Shown here in pieces: positions 61,340 to 64,000 of a stretch of 64,000 nucleotides of DNA. The translations under genes and the position numbers were made by a program. The DNA is taken from assembly GCA_036785375.1 (NCBI GenBank), contig JAWMAR010000451.1:1178001-1242000 (forward strand). The letters run 5' to 3'. Position 1 is the stretch's first letter. Every line of letters starts with the position of its first letter. This DNA is from Leucoraja ocellata (lineage: Eukaryota). The notes under the pieces were generated by a model. It searched no databases. It was not told where the DNA came from and was given only the letters and a program-made list of their open reading frames with translations.

Positions 61340-61851
61340 ATGATGTTGTCCAGCTGGAAAGGGTACAGAGAACATTTACGAGGATGTTGCCAGGACTAGT
61401 GGATCTGAGCAATAGGGAGAGGTTGAGTTAGGTGGGACTCTATTCCTTTGAGCGCAGGAGGATGAGGGGTGATCTTATATGGCATAAAATCATGAAAGAA
61501 ATAGATTGGGTAGATGCACAGAATATTTTGCCCAGAGTCTTTTGCCTAGATGAATCGAGGACCAGAGGACTTAGGTTTAAGGTGAAGGGGAAAAGATTTA
61601 ATGGGGATCTGATGGGTAATTTTTCACACAAAGGGTGGTGTGTGTATGGAACAAGCTGCCAGAGGAGGTAGTTGAGGCAGGGACTATCCCAACCTTTAAG
61701 AAACAGTTAGACAGGTACTTGGCTAGGACAGGTTTGGAGGGATATGGACCAAACACGGGCAGGTGGGACTAGTGTGACGGTATTGGCCAGTGTGGGCAAG
61801 TTGGGCCGCAGGGCCTGTTTCCAAGCTGTATCTATGACTCGATGACTCTAT
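61340..61851 (+). mobile_element. CR1 subfamily D 3' end
   Basis: [14 protein letters not shown]; 3' UTR and CTCTATGA-type tail. Confidence 0.9.
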
Positions 61852-62229
61852 TTAACTAATGAAAGCACGGCATTCTTCTGTAGCATTTCATGTTGAGGGA
61901 AAGGCCTGTGTTATTATTAATAGATGACTATCGCTACATGAATGTACTAATGGCAGCACATTGCTGGCAAGTCACAGGGCTTGTAATGTCTTCTGTTTGT
62001 TGACTGAAATCAAATGTGACTACTTCAGCCTCTCTTGGAAAGAAATTAGAAGACGTCACAAATCTGCTGCGTCCACTTGGAAAGATTCTGTAATGAAGGA
62101 GATCCAAGCTTACTAATTACCTACCATCTTATTTATGTAGTATTTTTGGTTATTGGATATTATCTAAGTGTTATTATGTATACAAGTCTGTTCAGCTGCA
62201 GCAAGTAAGTTGAGCTTATGGGACTTGAT

Positions 62230-63285
62230 ATTACAATCCCCACCTTCTTAATATTTTGAGTGGGGGTGGGGGTAAAAACTTCATTGGGGTCATCAGGTGG
62301 GCACTCTCCTTCCTTGGTGTTTCGTTGATAGGCCCACAACATCTCCAGAGGGCTCAACAGCAACACCTGGCATGCCAGGTGCGCTCCCCTCCATTTTACC
62401 CCTCTTGCTGGTAATTTTGGAGCCCAGTTGGAGTCCTTCCTCTTCAGCCACAGCCATTGGCTGCTTTGCTCAGCAGCCTTTGACAGCGACTTGACGGCTT
62501 GCCGGAAGGCTTGTCCTCGAACTCCCATTCCCTTCAGGAGTATGGTTGTTGACATGGCTACAAACCCTCTACAACCAACCTCTACAGGGAGCACCTGGGT
62601 ACGCCAGCCGCGTTGTTCTGCCTTGGCTGCTAAGTCTGAATACTTCAGACATTTGCGTTCATGCGCTTCACCAACCGCAGCCTCCCAAGGCACAGTTAAT
62701 GCCACAATGTACAGGGACTTCTGTGAGGTTGACCACAAGATCAGGTCCGGCCTGTGATTAGTTGTGATGATCTCTGGTGGAAAGACGAGCTTCTGGTCTA
62801 GATCAGCCTGCATTTTCCAGTCCCGGGGAGTGTCCAGGAGGGTTGGTTGGGGGAGGGAGGGCATTGGTGGTAGTTCTCCTTCCAAGGTAATCGCTAGTTG
62901 TCGCAGGACCTGATTGCGCCTCCAGGTGTAGCGGCCTTGTGAAATACTGGTTTTGCAGCCAGTGAGGATGTGCCTTAATGTTGCTGGGGTTTGGCAGAGA
63001 GAACATGATGGATTATCTCCAAACCACTGGTTTAGGTTCTTGGGTGTGGGGAAAACATTGTAGGTGGCTCTGATGATGAAGCTAAGACTGCTTCCTTCCA
63101 TCTCCCACATATCCCTCCAGGTAAGCTTACGATGCTCCATGTTTTCCAGGTAGTCCACTGGCCCTGTTTGGACTGTGAGACTGCCTTTGCGCATCTCTCT
63201 GCCTCCTCTTGCTGACAGACCTCAGCAACTACCAGCTTTCTTCTCTGGGTGGATTTTGCCTTGTGGCATATGGGTCCATTGTTCC
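62230..63285 (-). mobile_element. HERO-like (R2-group) non-LTR retrotransposon 3' fragment: CCHC zinc knuckle and restriction-like endonuclease
   Basis: ORF 62160..63194 with CSLC-x7-H-x4-C, RYTWR, RPDLILW, LTVPWE, K..KY and PVEVGCRG. Confidence 0.85.
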
Positions 63286-64000
63286 ATTGTCGGTATATTT
63301 GACATGACAATTAAACATTTTTGGCCTCTTGTCTGTGGACCTTGACCTCCTAGAGATTATTCCAGGCATGAGAGGTCTGAAGATCCTAAGAATCATAACA
63401 GCAAATTCATAATATAGAAATAAGCCATTTAGCTATTACGTTTGTGTCAGCTGAGAAATCTGAAACACAGCTTAATTTCACCTTCCAGCTGTTGATCCAT
63501 GACCCTGCAGATCACAGCTTGTCAAATATGCATTTAAATGATTTAAAAATGTGATGAGGATTTCTGTCTCCACCATCGTTTTAGGCAGATTCCTAGAATG
63601 ACGTCATCCTCAGTTAGAAGAATATTTCTTCATTTACCCTCTGACCCTTCTATTTTATTCTTCTTGCAGCATTTCATGTATTTCTGTGGACAATCTTAGA
63701 AAACCTGAGACTGCAAACACATTAGTTATCAGTGAGGTCCAGTTTCTAAATAATGTGGGAGTATGATGACCATGTCCTTGCTCTTATGGCCTGAGATCCA
63801 TGACCCACCCTGCACAGCAAGACGTTACCATTTTGCTGCCTCCAGCAATGGAGAATTGCCAGCAACTTCACTTTGGACATGCTCATAGAATAAATGTCTT
63901 ATTAAATGCTGGACAAATCACTCATTGTTAGGCATGGAACATCGTAACCTTGATGGAGTTTTCAGCTGCCTGCAGTCAGTCCTCAAGCTACGCATTCAAG

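Overview
Eukaryotic, not prokaryotic, DNA. It is AT-rich and intron-containing, and its repeats (several CR1 LINE subfamilies, HE1/V-SINE-like SINEs, Penelope remnants) point to a cartilaginous fish, probably a skate or ray (inference). The window holds the promoter and the first 21 coding exons (+ strand, 4409..60155; 2837 nt, about 945 codons, all GT-AG and phase-consistent) of an axonemal outer-arm gamma-type dynein heavy chain of the DNAH5/DNAH8 family. It is probably the third, DNAH5-like paralog, and the gene continues past the right edge. Almost all long ORFs in the track are retrotransposon fragments or antisense artefacts. The introns contain a multi-level nested CR1/CR1/L1+SINE insertion, a non-autonomous Helitron, a young TA-flanked pogo/Tigger-type element carrying a tRNA-like sequence and long hairpins, Penelope remnants with minimal hammerhead-ribozyme cores, a HERO-type RLE retrotransposon, a family of long non-autonomous retroposons with a shared hairpin but different LINE tails, and a locally templated inverted insertion. 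Family assignments come from motif recognition, not database searches.
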